Source: Oculina patagonica
Lineage: Eukaryota
Direction: 5' to 3'
Length of the DNA: 64,000 nt
NCBI RefSeq assembly: GCF_052425735.1
Contig: NC_135761.1
Coordinates: 39,990,001-40,054,000, forward strand
Made by a program: the position numbers and the translations under genes. Each line of letters starts with the position of its first letter. Within the stretch, counting starts at the first letter, position 1. The notes under the pieces are model-generated. The model was not told the origin of the DNA and did no database searches. It saw only the letters and a list, made by a program, of their open reading frames with translations. This document shows positions 37,461-50,330 of this stretch, one piece after another.

Positions 37461-40387
37461 CCACAAAGAAAGCAAGGGGAACATTAATTGTGTATATTAA
37501 TCTTAATAATTAATAAACCTCTTTACCTAGGCAAAACTGCCTCAAATAATATCTTGCAGTATTACTCAATAACAGTAAAAGTGAGTCCGCTATGCGAACA
37601 TGTGTGGACTTTCATTTGAATAAAAGTTGACATTATGAATTAATCAATGAGTTACTGTAGCAGTCAACAACTTCAAGTTTCGAATCGAGTAATTCGAGAT
37701 ACAAGGCGAAAAACAAAGAACTTGTCAATCAATTTATTATTTACAAGACTGTTGGAAAAACAAAGTGTACTATTACTTGTCTTATGTACTACGCTTCAAG
37801 AAACAAACGTTACCATTGCCGCTTGGGATGTCACGCAATGTGAAGGAGCGTGGTGTGACCCTTTGTCACGTCGTTCACGACAAATGCCTTTTTTCATGCA
37901 AATAAAAACCTAGAATCCTACAAGAACAGCAGTTATTAGACCAAAAGCCTTTCCTTACCGCTAGCAAGATAGGATACTATTTTCATTTAAAAAAGAAATG
38001 TTGCGTAGAGCGCGTGAACTGTCTCGCATCGCTTGTTTACACAACCCTTACTTTTTGTGTAAAGCTTGTGTAAACAACTAATCGAAAAACTTATTTTCTT
38101 TCAATGAGTTCTTTTTTAACCTTTTTGGAATAAGAACTTTTCAATAAGCTTTCACAAATAATTTCTTAGTAGCTTGCGTAGAAAGGCAGAGAAATATATT
38201 TTTCTGTTTACGAAATATTCACCTGAAGTCGGTGTTTTGAGAGGCGGCGAAGGACGTTATTTGAACCGACCATTAAATTATTTTGTCGCACGGTTTGGAT
38301 ATATGCATATTCTACGGTTCGATGTTATTTTTATTCTTTTCATGACAATGTTTTAGTTCAGTTCTGAATTCGACATCGGTCTTTTGTTAAATATACTACT
38401 TGAGAGAAATGGAGCTGGTCAATTATATCCCGGAGTCCAAGACAAGTAAAACAACATGATCAGCGAACTTGTTTTGATACAACTCGTTGTGCATTCATTG
38501 TGTTTGGCAAAGCTGAAATAAATAAATAACCAGACATTTGATTCGTTTTAATATGCCCATCAAAAATGCTCAAGCCGCACAGAGAAACAAAAACTATGGA
38601 AAGTGTGAAAAACAAGAAACGTGACCTATGACCACAGTTGTTCAGCTCATTAGATATGAAGATTTCAGCCCTCGTGATTGTTATTTCACTTTTCATCTAC
38701 GCCACCGCTGCCTTTGAAGTTGTTCCTTGATGTATATTTTCCAGCCACTACACGTTCTTCGAAAGCTGTGTCAAAAAAGGCTTCTAGATTCAAGAATAAA
38801 GTGCGACCTACTCGATACTGATCGAATTTCTGGGTTTACTGCCTTGGCTGCCCATCTCACCGAAACTTCGGATTCTCCGATCACTGTCGAAAACTTCCGA
38901 AAGCACTAACCCGAGTTATCACGGAAAGTGACCCCCCAATCGGAAAAAACTGCATGACAACAATGTGTAGACTTTAAAGTCCACACAAAAATGCTGAAGA
39001 ACACCTCTATATCTCTCGCTTGCTGACACAACTGAGCAAACTGTTATTATGTTATCACGGATGTGTTTAGTTTGCGTATATGATCATCGTCCCATTAAAA
39101 ACGTTGAGGTTGTGTGGTACCCGAAGTAAATAGAGGGGCAGGGGCGGAAGGTCAGAGTGGAAACGTCTCTGGCTTTTAAGGGGACCCTCCACTACATCTG
39201 CCACTGCAAAGGGGACAGATCTATTCATAACATGTTATTGTGCAACCTCAAACCATTCTGACTTTGAACTCACAAACATCTCCATTTCCATATGCAGGTA
39301 ACCACTCCAGAAAGTATACACCTAATTGAAAAAAGATTGACCCTGTGAAAAGCTTTCAACCATGAACGATAAGACCGAAGGGCATTCTGGGAGGGCAGCA
39401 TTGGTGCGCTGAGAAATATTCCATTTATTGGTAATCAAGATATTTTCTTCTTTTTGAACCTTTAGAGCGTGATTAATGCAACCTGTCATATCAAAATGTT
39501 TATTCCGTCACAGATGGGGATGATTTTTTCAGATTTCCCAGTAAACATTTGGGTCGCATCGTTCATGGTTTATGCTTTTCACAGGTCAACGTTTCTTCAA
39601 TCAGGTATATACAAGGAAGTCGAGCCATAGAAGATAAGACAGAAAATCCTACTGTTCCCATTGCCATTCTGTCCTAGCAAGCTGCTCTTCACTGAATTAA
39701 AGGTCCAAGCAGCCACCATTCACGAGGTGATGAGGACGTTAGAAGAAGGGCCGGGACACGTTTATCCTTGTGGGAACGAGACTATCTTCTCCAAGGTTGT
39801 CCCCAGCACAGTGGACGAAGAAAAGTTAAAAGGCTTTAACGTGGATAGTGCCTTCAAGAAGCATCTGCTGAGGGCAGCATTGCTGTGACGAGTCCAAGAG
39901 TGACTGAGAACAACGTGGCCACGCAGACTCCAAGATTGACACAGAACGTGGCTGTGCAGACAATGCCTATGACACCAAAACATTCGGCAAACGACGAAGT
40001 CAGCCTTATAAAACTCCAGCTGGAAGAAAGGAGCAGGGCTTGTGACATTCTCACCACCAAAGTGGAAGAACTACACGAGGACAATCATCTTGCAGCTGAG
40101 AAACATCTACTTGTCAGTAAAAAAATTTTTCAAGGTGAGTGCAAACCATGGCGTAATTGATAACTAACCTGGAATTGAGAACTGTAAATAAACCACCCTA
40201 GCGAATTTTTAAAAGCTGAAAAATTTACGCTCGGAATGTCAGCTTTTCAAAATTTGTTAATACGGTTTATTCACAATTATTATCATTATAACATAGAGGG
40301 CAGAATTACTGAATGCTGATTGGCTGAGACAGAGGGCATTTTACTAGGTTGATATGTCAACCTAGTAAAATGGCCCAGCTCACAACA

Positions 40388-40500
40388 AGTCTGTCGTAGC
40401 TCAGTTGGTTAGAGCGCCCAACCGGTATCTGGGAGGCCATGGGTTCGATTCCCGTCGGGGACTCAGAATTTTTTCTTTGTCCCATGCTCGTGTCATGTAG
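40388..40500 (+). mobile_element. tRNA-derived repeat (SINE-like), not a functional tRNA
   Basis: A box TAGCTCAGTTGG (40397), B box GGTTCGATTCC (40442); imperfect acceptor stem; T-run and repeat tail. Confidence 0.7.
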
Positions 40501-41110
40501 AACCTCTTATCTTTATTCTTTAAGTAATCACATGTGTCCTCGTAAAATTAAGGATTAATATTACTTGTGTTTTCAGAAGTTGTAGAAATTGCCAGAGTCG
40601 CGAACGGAAAGTGGAAGAAAGGTCAAAGCTTTCGAAAATGGAAGAATTCAAAGATTCTAGTCAAAACTCGGATCTGGGAACAGAAGAATTGGATAAAATC
40701 GAAGCACAAGCTTAGGCCGAAAATACCAAAAGAGCCACTTCTTGGGGTATAAGGAAATTCGAGTAATGGTGCGAGAACACAAAGCTCAATGTCGATCTGA
40801 ATTCCGTTACTTCCGCCAAACAGATTTGACTCACTACATTTCTCAAACTTCAAGTGCACAAAAAAGGCATTGCTCCAGGCTCTTGCAAGAAGCGTTTGAT
40901 GGACATTCGGCCTCAGAAACCTCCCAAGAGTCGGACCGCTCAATAACAAATCCGAAAGCAGCAACATCGCCAGTGCTAGTGCAATCACTTCAGTTTCTCA
41001 GTTGCTGCAGGGTCAGTTACTCTCGCTAGCCCAGCCCTATCCAAACTGCACACAGCAAATCAGAACTTTGAACATCTATCAGAGAGCAGGTCCTTCTCAT
41101 TCAACAGAAA

Positions 41111-41397
41111 AAAGCTAAAAAAAGGTAAAGTCTGCTTCGAGCCTAGTGGCCCATACAGGTCGGAGCTTATCCCGGTTTCCATAGCATTAAGCGACTAGGA
41201 GTATTGCTACTCCCCCCTGGATGGGATGCTAGTCCATTGCAGGGTTACCCCCCAGAAGTAAATTCGCCGGTACCCATTTATACACCTGGGTGGAGAGGGG
41301 CACTGTGAGAGTAAAGTGTCTTGCCCAAGAACACAACACAGCGCCCCGGCCAGGCCTCGAACCCGGGCCGTATGACGCGGAGGCGAGCGCAAGCACA
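41111..41397 (-). mobile_element. tRNA-derived SINE (5'-truncated)
   Basis: B box GGTTCGAGGCC, body CTTGGGCAAGACACTT...CCCAGGTGTATAAATGGGTACC; 13-bp TSD CATTCAACAGAAA at 41098-41110 and 41398-41410. Confidence 0.85.
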
Positions 41398-41983
41398 CAT
41401 TCAACAGAAAGCGAAACCGTAAAACGGCGCCGAGTAGTAATCGAAAGTGACAGTGATTAGAAACGTGTACTGACTAAGTGGTTATCCTTGTATTTTCCAT
41501 CATTGTATCTTGTATTGTCTATTGCTGGATTTTTCTCGAGACTTTTAGCTGTTTTCAGCCTATTTTCTTTCAAACACAGCTAATTTATTGGATTAAATGC
41601 AAAGTTAACTTGCACCGGCAGTTAGATAAATTTGAGTTTATTTGAAGTCAACTTATTCAGAGCAAATTATTTATTTATTAAAAGCCTTATTAAATTTGTC
41701 AGTTTTCTTAATATCATTTGGCCTTGTTTATTGATAATAAAATGCCTTTTTCAGGAATACTGTTTATTTGCACCCGTGAAGTGTCATTTGTGGCCCTTGC
41801 ACTTCCTTGCCCTTGCACCCCTCAAAAAGGCATTTTATTCCCTTATTATCGACCTTCCGTTGATAATCAACTTAGTGTTTCACCTGCCCTTCAATGCATC
41901 ACAACTATTTCTTTAGAAATCGACAAATGTTAAGTTTCGCCATAACACACTGATTCCTAATAATTATTGTCAATATTTTGCAG

Positions 41984-42720
41984 GTAGTGGAGAAAGTAGA
42001 ACGTGCGATCGTGTTAATGGAAGGCAAAACGACTGCTGCATTGGAAAGAATTGAGGAACGCCTAGATCGGCTAGAAGCAGCTTCAATCATGACAGATCCC
42101 ACTCCTTTTGAAAATGTAAGCGTCAATTAGAAGTTATACTTTGCTGAGAATAACTCTCATTTGTCATTTTATCTATAACTTGCTTTATTGACTGAAATCA
42201 GTCTAACGTATATCTATATTAGTGCAAATCATTCGCCTTGAAAAAAAAATAGTAAAGTAGTTGAATCAGTCACTTCTGTTTATAATAAAATTATGTTAAT
42301 ACTGTAAGTGATCCCTTTTTCTTCTCTGTTTTTTTTCTTTAGTCGCTGAGAACCCACCATCCACTTGCAGGATCATAGATGAATCTGCAGACCTGCATAC
42401 AATCGACACAGAGGCACTCAGTAGACTACATGAGGTCTTGCAACCAATCAGTCCAGTCGTTCCGAATGTTGAGCCACAGCACTCTGCTTCCAGCAGCCCT
42501 GGTCCATCTGGGCCCATAATAGATGAACTCAACAAGAGCTGTGTAACACCCAGAAAAGTAGCACCCGTCTGCCAGGCTCTTGAGGGTAAAAACAAACACC
42601 ACAGATGCGCCATCAAGCTACTGCCCTTCTTCTTTACAAACTAGGAGCTTGCACCGGGAAACACAGATGGAAGCCACAACAAAAGCCCGCTTGACTGGAC
42701 TAAACTTTATTCACTTAAAG
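41984..42720 (+). pseudogene. BEN-domain protein remnant (coiled-coil exon + BEN exon)
   Basis: ALERIEERLDRLE exon; LLPFFFTN*ELAPGNTDG..NKSPLDWTKLYSLK with a stop, then a GT donor. Confidence 0.6.
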
Positions 42721-43520
42721 GTAAATTGCTCTCGATATCTTATATTAACTTAAACAAGCCACTAACTGTCAACCATGTCACAATAGTTAGAAAACCGACT
42801 GCTTTTAACACTCAAGAACAGAAACTTTGCCGTTAAGAGTTGTTTCAGCCAATAGTTTACGAAGCCGTAATTACCGCAAAAGGTTACAATGAAGCAATTC
42901 TGATTTTGTTTGCGATTTAGTAGAAAATGAGCAGTCCCACTTTTTTGTTTAGACTGTCGAGCATGCAAAAAGCACTTTTTTCACTTCATGCTCGATGGAC
43001 TAAGGCAAAAGGGACTGCTTTTTGTCTTGACATAAAGCGTTTCTTAATAAATTTTTATCTTCTTTTTCAGTTTTAATCTTCACAAAGTTTCCTGTTACAC
43101 CCGGTAAGGATGAACTTAAATGTTGTAGAGAAGTAAAAGGAAAGATAAATTCAAGATGTAGAGCGTAAAATTTGCAAACCGTGCCAATGTGGAAAATTTG
43201 CATTCAATCTGACTTGTAAATAATGATTTTCATTAGATATGTAAAGTTAAAAAGACATTGTAAACAATAACAATAAAGTTTTATGTGTACCAGAACTGTG
43301 CATTGAGAACTGCCTGCAGGGGGTTGACTGGGATAGTGGGACCTGGGGCCAAGCAATCGGTTCCTATGACAATGTGTCCTGGGCACAAAGTTGCTTCGCT
43401 TCGCAGACCTTGGACGTTGCCAAAATGTTACTCCCAAAATAATTTTACAGTTTAAGACTTTTTAATGCTAAAGTTAAGAAGAAAACACTAAAAAAATTTT
43501 ATCGCAATGCATGTCTTTAA

Positions 43521-45165
43521 AGGCGCTATGTCATGACCTGCTCATGTGCGAGATTTCAAATGCATCCGCCATTTTGAATTAAGCGAACTCGCCGAATTTT
43601 TTGTAAAATAAGGGCTTCTACGTCTAAATTACGTGGTTTTGCTTTGTTTGTGAAATGCTTTTCGTCGGTGCGATTTGTTATATTTTAGAATCGAAATTAT
43701 GCACGCAGATTAGGCAAGAGAGGATGTAGTGGTAAGTTTCCTTCAATGTCGATTAGGTGACAGACTCTAACTTGTGACATGTCGAAACAAGGTGAGATTC
43801 TGTTGATTTATGAACTTTATTGGTTTGTATTTTTGTATGTAGATCGTGGATGCTGGACGCGAATTGAACAACAAGAGTCATTTATGTAGGCCATGTTTTG
43901 TTTATGTTCAGTTATAATTCAGTGCTTATTTCACGTGCACTACAGTTCTCTTGTTCATTGAGATAAATATACGCGCAAACATCATTCTAAACATTTAGAA
44001 GTTTCGCCTTTGTTGTATTTTTGGATGCCTTTTCCATGAGCTGAAAGGTTTTCTAAGAGAGCTGATTTAGATTCAATCTTTCATGTCACTTTAAGTTGAC
44101 ATGTATCAGTCATTCACTGAGAACCCTTTCTTTCTATCAAGCCTGGTGCAAGTACAACGAGAAGGGTAGGATCACAGAGGCGGCCCAGCCATATCAGTTG
44201 GAAACTAGACCAAGCGAAGAAGAAGAGTGAATATAAGAGAACAATGATGTAAAGGTGAGGTTTCATAATTTATAAGATTTTTATATTTTTGGCACCTAAG
44301 CAAAATACATACAGTATAGCTGACCAATTCAAGAGTATTGCAGTTTCACATGATGCCACTACTTGGTTACAACAGCTGGTCAAACAAGATTTGTTTTGTG
44401 GCAACACTGGATGATTCAAATTTCCAGCCTCACTTTTTTGGACCAAACACTAATGCAGCCTATCAATATACACCTTGAACACAGCTGTAACTCAATCCAA
44501 AATAAACCATTCACACTGTATATAACCTCCGCAAACTACTATATTTTTAATGGTGTTATTTTTGCATGTTCTTTTAGGAATTCATTCATACACTTGATGA
44601 GTCAATGGTGCGAAAATTATGCATCAGAAGCCTTCGGAGGGGAGTGGGAAGTATGGACTACATTCACGGTCTCCTAATTATGGAAGATGACCTCGAGGAT
44701 GAGCCATCGAATAGCAGTGACATAACTCCCACCCCTGGCACTTCAACAGGAGAGCAGCTTACAAGCGTAGAAGGAACTCCTGGTCCTACACCTCCATCTG
44801 GGAGCAGCACCGTACCATGGTGCAAGTGTGGCATGTGCCAAATCAAATCAAATCATGCCACAGGACATTGAAAATAAATGTTGCTCACAAAGGAGATGTG
44901 TAACCATACACAGTAGGTTTTCCAAGCTTTGTTTGGACCCTGATGTGCTTCAGTTGGCCATCAGAAACAGTGTTATATCAGAAATGATCGAGATGACAAT
45001 AGCACTCGTGCCTTTAGGAAGGCAGCCTACCGACAGTTTGTCCTAGACAGGTATGGCTATTTGGGTAAGAGCAACCGTAAGGTGTGTCCTTCCTGTGTAG
45101 TTTTAGTTATCCAACGCCAATATCCCTCACAGACAAGCGTCTATTTGGGATTTAGGGCCAAATGA
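43521..45165 (+). mobile_element. Truncated KolobokP-like element: TTAA-AGG left end + P2X7-ballast-like Cys-rich nuclease remnant
   Basis: TTAA|AGGCGCTATGTCA terminus; frameshifted WCKCGMC..MP..IENKCC..CVT..FSKLCL..RKAAYRQF..GYLGKSNRKVCPSCVV..YP...YLGF at ~44815-45165. Confidence 0.6.
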
Positions 45166-46333
45166 AAAATAAAAAATTCAATAACAAGCTTGCCCCTACT
45201 TCAAAATTGCAGTTGGAACCAAAAAGAATCCTAGAAATAGAAGCGGGTTGGCGGTGTAGGTTTATGGAAAGTTGTCAAATCTATTATTATTGCCACAATT
45301 GCTAGGATAGGTAATCCTCACTAAATGCGGGTCAGCTGTTATATGTTTGATCAGCTTGTACATGTTTTTGTTAGTGTAGTAATTTCCCAAAAAAACAATG
45401 CTTCTTGGAATTTTACAATGCATGTACTTTTATAACACAGCTAATAGATCATTTTCAATGTTTAGAATCCATTGTAAAAAAATGGCAGTTGAACATTTCA
45501 CCACAATAACTGTTGGAGATTAAACAGCCAGTAGAAACTTTGTCCCATTTCAAACAGCATTGTTTGTGGTAAGTTTGAATTTTTTCGAACTTCTATTTGC
45601 AGTTCTATAAGTTTATTTAGATTTTTTGTGTGTTGCGAATTATGGGTAAATGTATTATAGCATTATACCAAGGCTTAGGGGACAAGAGCAAAAGAATAAT
45701 TTTACGCTACTTATGTTGTCTTAGTCCTCTCTGCCCCACATAGCAATTCGGATTCTATGAAATATGTCTATCGGCCAGTTGCCATAAGAATTTTTTGTTG
45801 CACCAGTGTTGCATACGATATCAGGCCCCAAACGACAACATACGATAAATTAAGAAAAGTCAGGGGTTTTTTTTTTTTTCGAAAAAAGTTGTTATCGGCT
45901 GTTTCTTTCATCTTGTCAGACATCTCCTGGACTGAATGTGCTAATATTTACTTCTCAATTTATCAATTAAATTATTTCATTGATTAATTTATTGATATAT
46001 TAAAAAAAGTTCCTTCTTTATTTTTTTTTTTTTATTTGGTATTCGCATTTTGTCATCCACCTTTTCTTATCCGCCTTTTATCATCCGCCATCTACCATCC
46101 GGTCCGCTTTTTACAGAGACCCCACATCACGGTCACTTTAAAGTAAAGTATTGCTACTATACGATGAATTGAAAAGAAGTTTTGCCAATGAAACAGAACC
46201 TCGTAATTTAAATTTAGCTGGTGTTTTGCGGTCGTAAAAGAAGAAAAACTTTCCTGCCAAAACTAAACTTGAGCGCGCTCGCCAATTGCGCGATGTTTGC
46301 GGACGAGTACTGAGACATTCAAACTGAAACAAT

Positions 46334-46766
46334 GGCTGTTTTTATGCTAGAGACGATAATGTCGTCAGACGACTTTAACATCTAAGACGCTAAAGGCGTC
46401 TGTTATAAAAACGGGACGCGTTTAGTAGACAGCTTTTCTGAAAAAAATAAAAAAAAGACTGGGTTCGACACTCGGAGGACACTGGACACGAAGACGTAAA
46501 GCCATCAGACATTAAAGGCGTCTGTCTTATTTACTGTTTTTATACTTGTTAACGACGTCCCATTTTTATACTAGACGGCTTTAACGTCTGAGACGTTAAA
46601 GCTGTCCGATAAGAGCGTCATTTAGACGCTCTTACGAAAAGACGTTAAAGCCATCAGACGTTAAAGGCATCTGTCTTATTTACCGTTTTTATACTAGACA
46701 TTAATGTCGTCTCGAGACAGCTTTAACATCTAAGACAGCTTTAACGTCTCTAGCATAAAAACGGCC
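46334..46766. mobile_element. PIF/Harbinger-type MITE with internal AGACGTTAAAG repeats
   Basis: 22-bp TIR GGC(T/C)GTTTTTATGCTAGAGACG and 3-bp AAT TSD on both sides. Confidence 0.8.
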
Positions 46767-46938
46767 AATGGAGTCAGAATTTCCACATTTTTCGCTCAGT
46801 TTGGATTTTGAAAATTTAGAGAATGAAACTTCAAACAAACGAGCAGAAAAAAGGCAGAAGAGGAACTTGTTAACAGTGTTGAAGACCAAAACAGTATCAA
46901 TACAAGCTGGTCAACACAATTTGTATTACGCACCTGGC

Positions 46939-48241
46939 CAACCTTGTTCCCAGGGCTTCTCCCTTGGCGATTTGGCACGGGCGGGAAAAGACCCTGACAT
47001 CGGCTGGTTATGTGAGTATCTTAAATATTCCGCAGGACTGTAATTTATGCAAGTAATGATAAATCCTCTCTCCTCATTGATTGGTGGAATTCCCTGCAAA
47101 AATATAAAAATAAATTAGTTTAGCGGGTTTTGAGCTTTTAATGCAAGTCAGTTTATCTGTCGAAGATGTGAGTCGAATCGTTTCTTAAGATTATGGAGCA
47201 GTTAACTCCCAAAAAAATACACGCTCGGAACTCAGTGTGTAGGCTTTGTGGCTGTGCTTACGAAAGCCGCCGTATGCTTTGCGTTTTTGGCAAAAGTGGC
47301 TTGGACAAAAACCTTACGGAGAAAATTTTCGATACCTGCCATGTTGTGATCTGCGAGGAAGATTGCTTTTCAAAGTTGGTTTGCAAGAAGTGTGAAGCAT
47401 TTGTCTCCAAGGTGAGCGATTTCAAACAAAAGAGCAAAAATATTCAAATTGTACTTGAAGAGGAACAAAAGTGTTCAGTGAAGCGTTGCACCGAATTATC
47501 GCCATCTTCCAAACAGCCATCGAAGTGTGCGGCAACTGAGGTGTGTAGAAAACAATACTCCGCGAAACAGCTCATGTTTGAGGAAAATCCAACACAGAAT
47601 AACCAAGGTAATCGTAAGGAGCCAAAGAACAAGGATTCTTCGTCCAATCCTTCGCCAATAAATTCCAAAGAGTTAACCAAACGACCTGTGCAAGAGCTCC
47701 TAATCGATGTTGACCAAACTGTAAGGGCAGTTAATTCAATGTCGCCGTCCTCTTTTGCAGTAATCATCAAGGAACAGTGCCCAAATGTGCTTTCGGCGCT
47801 GAAAATTCTTATCAGTGAGCAGTTGAGTTCAGCTTGCAAGAAGCTTTGTCGTGTCGGAAGGGCATACATAGTTGTTGCAGCCTTTAGCTTCTTTGGTATG
47901 GCAAGTATCGATGATGTTCCAACCGTTAACAGGTTTCCACTTTACTTTTCCCATAAACAGAGGAAAACAAGACAAAATATTTTGATGATGTCTTTGCTAA
48001 ATTCATTGATGAGTATCTCCTACAAAACAATTTCAATGTGATTGGGGATGAGGAAGATCATGTCACTAATTATGCCCTTTGTTTTATCTTTCTCACCATC
48101 CTCATTTTACAACTGAAAGACACTGCAGCAGAGGCAGATGGTGAAAGAAATCTTGTCAATCAGAAATTACTGCTCTCTGTCTTCAAATCGATGGGTGCAT
48201 ACAGCAAAATCGCCAAGGGAAAAGCCCTGGGAACGAGGTTG
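46939..48241 (+). mobile_element. Internally deleted AcademH derivative (CAA...TTG ends)
   Basis: ~35-bp TIR CAACCT(T/C)GTTCCCAGGGC; perfect 9-bp TSD GCACCTGGC (46930-46938, 48242-48250). ORF has a zf-AD-like N-terminus fused to RAYIVVAAFSFFGM and DHVTNYA..LKDTAAEADGER, homologous to the 3837 transposase. Confidence 0.88.
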
Positions 48242-48679
48242 GCACCTGGCAAGCATAGCTTAAACAGAGCAAAAAATATAACGGGATTTCTGGCTGTATT
48301 TGGGTACTGCGTCTCGCCAAAATACGAACCATGGCTCGACCAAACTCGCCTGATATGCTGCCGAAGCGTACCAAAAAGGTATGATTAGGTATAAATATTA
48401 AGCCCCCGGGGTCTGGGGAAGGTTCCCCTATTAAAAATTTAAAAATCTGAAGTTGCTAAGACGCGTTTTACAGCCATGTCGCCTGTCAGAATTTACCCAT
48501 GACAGAGCCTGGTACCACCAACTGCAGCCAACTCTAGTTATAGTGGACACGATCAGGCATCGTTTTGTGACCGTAAAGCCTGGTTTTCGCCACAGGCAGA
48601 CAAGTCCGCATGACGTAAGCGTCAGTTGACTCAAGCCGAAGTCAATCGTAACAAATTACAGCGACGTATGGGATCAAAT

Positions 48680-49032
48680 AACTACATCAACACATCAATT
48701 GCGAGAAATCGTGACGGCAGTTTCAATGCAAAATTCCCCTGGAAGGAGGACTGCCCAACACTTACATCACAACAAATTACATCACATGTGAAAGGCGCAC
48801 CTGTTCTATGGTTTGTTGTCTTACTGCCACACCCTAACTCTTGACTACCTATGGGAACATTATAGCTAAGCAAGAAGCACGCGGTTTCATTGAGAGAGTT
48901 GATGATGCACAGCCTTCGGACTATGCACACTATATCCCTCACCACGCAGTAAAGAAAAACTCAGCTACAACACCAATCAGAATCGTTTATGACTGCAGCT
49001 TCCACTCTTCAACCAACAACCCCAGCCTAAAT
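48680..49032 (+). pseudogene. BEL/Pao LTR-retrotransposon pol fragment
   Basis: FPWKED, YGNIIAKQEARGFIERV, HYIPHHAVKKNSATTPIRIVYDCS..PSLN. Confidence 0.8.
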
Positions 49033-49664
49033 TATGTTATGACATTTAGGATAGAACCTGTATGTAGAGCACATGGTTAGTTTTTCGCTCGTGTGAAGTT
49101 TAGGCCGCCATTACTACAGTTGTTGTTCTTTATTTGGTGCAATTTCTACGGCTTGAAGCATTACAGTATTATTCTTGTCGTACACTCTATTTACGACTCA
49201 TGTCTATGCAACACCTTTAGTGTTTCTCAACAGAAATAAAGTAAATCAACATAAAGCAGAAAAATAAACAAGATGACAACAGGAGAGAATAACAGCCTTG
49301 AAACAAAGAAAAAAGTCAAAGCTTCTTAAACCAGGGTAAACCAGAGTAACAGTAATGTTATGGTTTGACTTTAAAATTTCAGAAAGCTGTGGGAGGTTAT
49401 AAATAAGACTATAGATGGCACGACAGAGGATGATATGCCACAAGAATTGGTATTGTTTGCTTATAAAGAACTAGCCTTACATTGTAGATTTGTTTTTCAG
49501 CTTTAGCAAATTGGTTTGGTTACATTTTTAACCATTAAAATCCCAAACAAATGTTGCTACATTTTCTGTAAGTAGAATTGACTGAATTTATAATACAAAT
49601 AGATAACCACAAAAGTAACACACTATTTATTACAATTTTACTTATCATACCAATTTTGTGCAGG

Positions 49665-50330
49665 CACTGAGTTGGGGAAAAGAAATGGTGGCCATGTCCG
49701 GAAGTGGTCCAGGGTACTGCCAGAAAGTCAATATCACGCCATACATGCACTGCTTGATTTACCACGTGCTTGTAATGACGAAAAGACATGGAAGTTTGGT
49801 ACGCTTTAGTGGCCAAGGTATGTTTTAACCCCTTTCACTTTGGAAAAACTGGAACATGCTTAACTGCTTTTCTGGGAAATAGAGATCTGAAACCTAGTCT
49901 TGACTAGCCTTATAAAGTAGGGTACAATATTGAAACCACATGGTCAGGCTTCAAAACTTTCTTAGACAGGTTGACTTTCATTTTAAGGAAGTTCCATACC
50001 TTTGGTCCGTGAAAGCGAAAATTGAATGAAAGTAAGAGTAGTTTGCTGTAAATCCCAAATCAGGGTTAAAATGTTTTCAAAATCTGTTGATTCGTTTTCC
50101 TATTCATCCCCTCCATGATTAAAATGGGCAAATTCTTATTTCTTATAGGAGTGGAGAAAATCAATCGGTGGGATGCTGCAATAAATCTACTTCTTGACGA
50201 AAAAAGACAAGAGGTTTTGAGGGACAAGCAGCGCAACAAGTGCTCGTATGAGAACAAGGATTCGTCATTTAGGATTGAGGGAGGAAAACAAGAATCAGCA
50301 AGAAAAGTGCTGTGCATCTCAAAAATTTCA
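49665..50330 (+). pseudogene. Transib/RAG1/Chapaev-like transposase C-terminal remnant
   Basis: ITPYMHCLIYHV...HGSLVRFSGQG spliced to VEKIN (HxxxxH zinc motif followed by a candidate catalytic Glu). Confidence 0.5.

Larger units (their letters stand above)
40283..41640 (+). mobile_element. Internally deleted Crypton derivative carrying two insertions
   Basis: Starts TTATAACATAGA...GCTGATTGG like the other Crypton ends; ENTKRATSWGIRKFE*W matches the Crypton N-terminus. Right boundary approximate. Confidence 0.4.

Noticed and set aside
40388-40465. Functional tRNA gene
   Set aside because: Acceptor and anticodon stems are imperfect and it is embedded in repeat sequence.
49035-49251. Solo LTR (TGTT...AACA)
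   Set aside because: No matching TSD and no second copy in the window.
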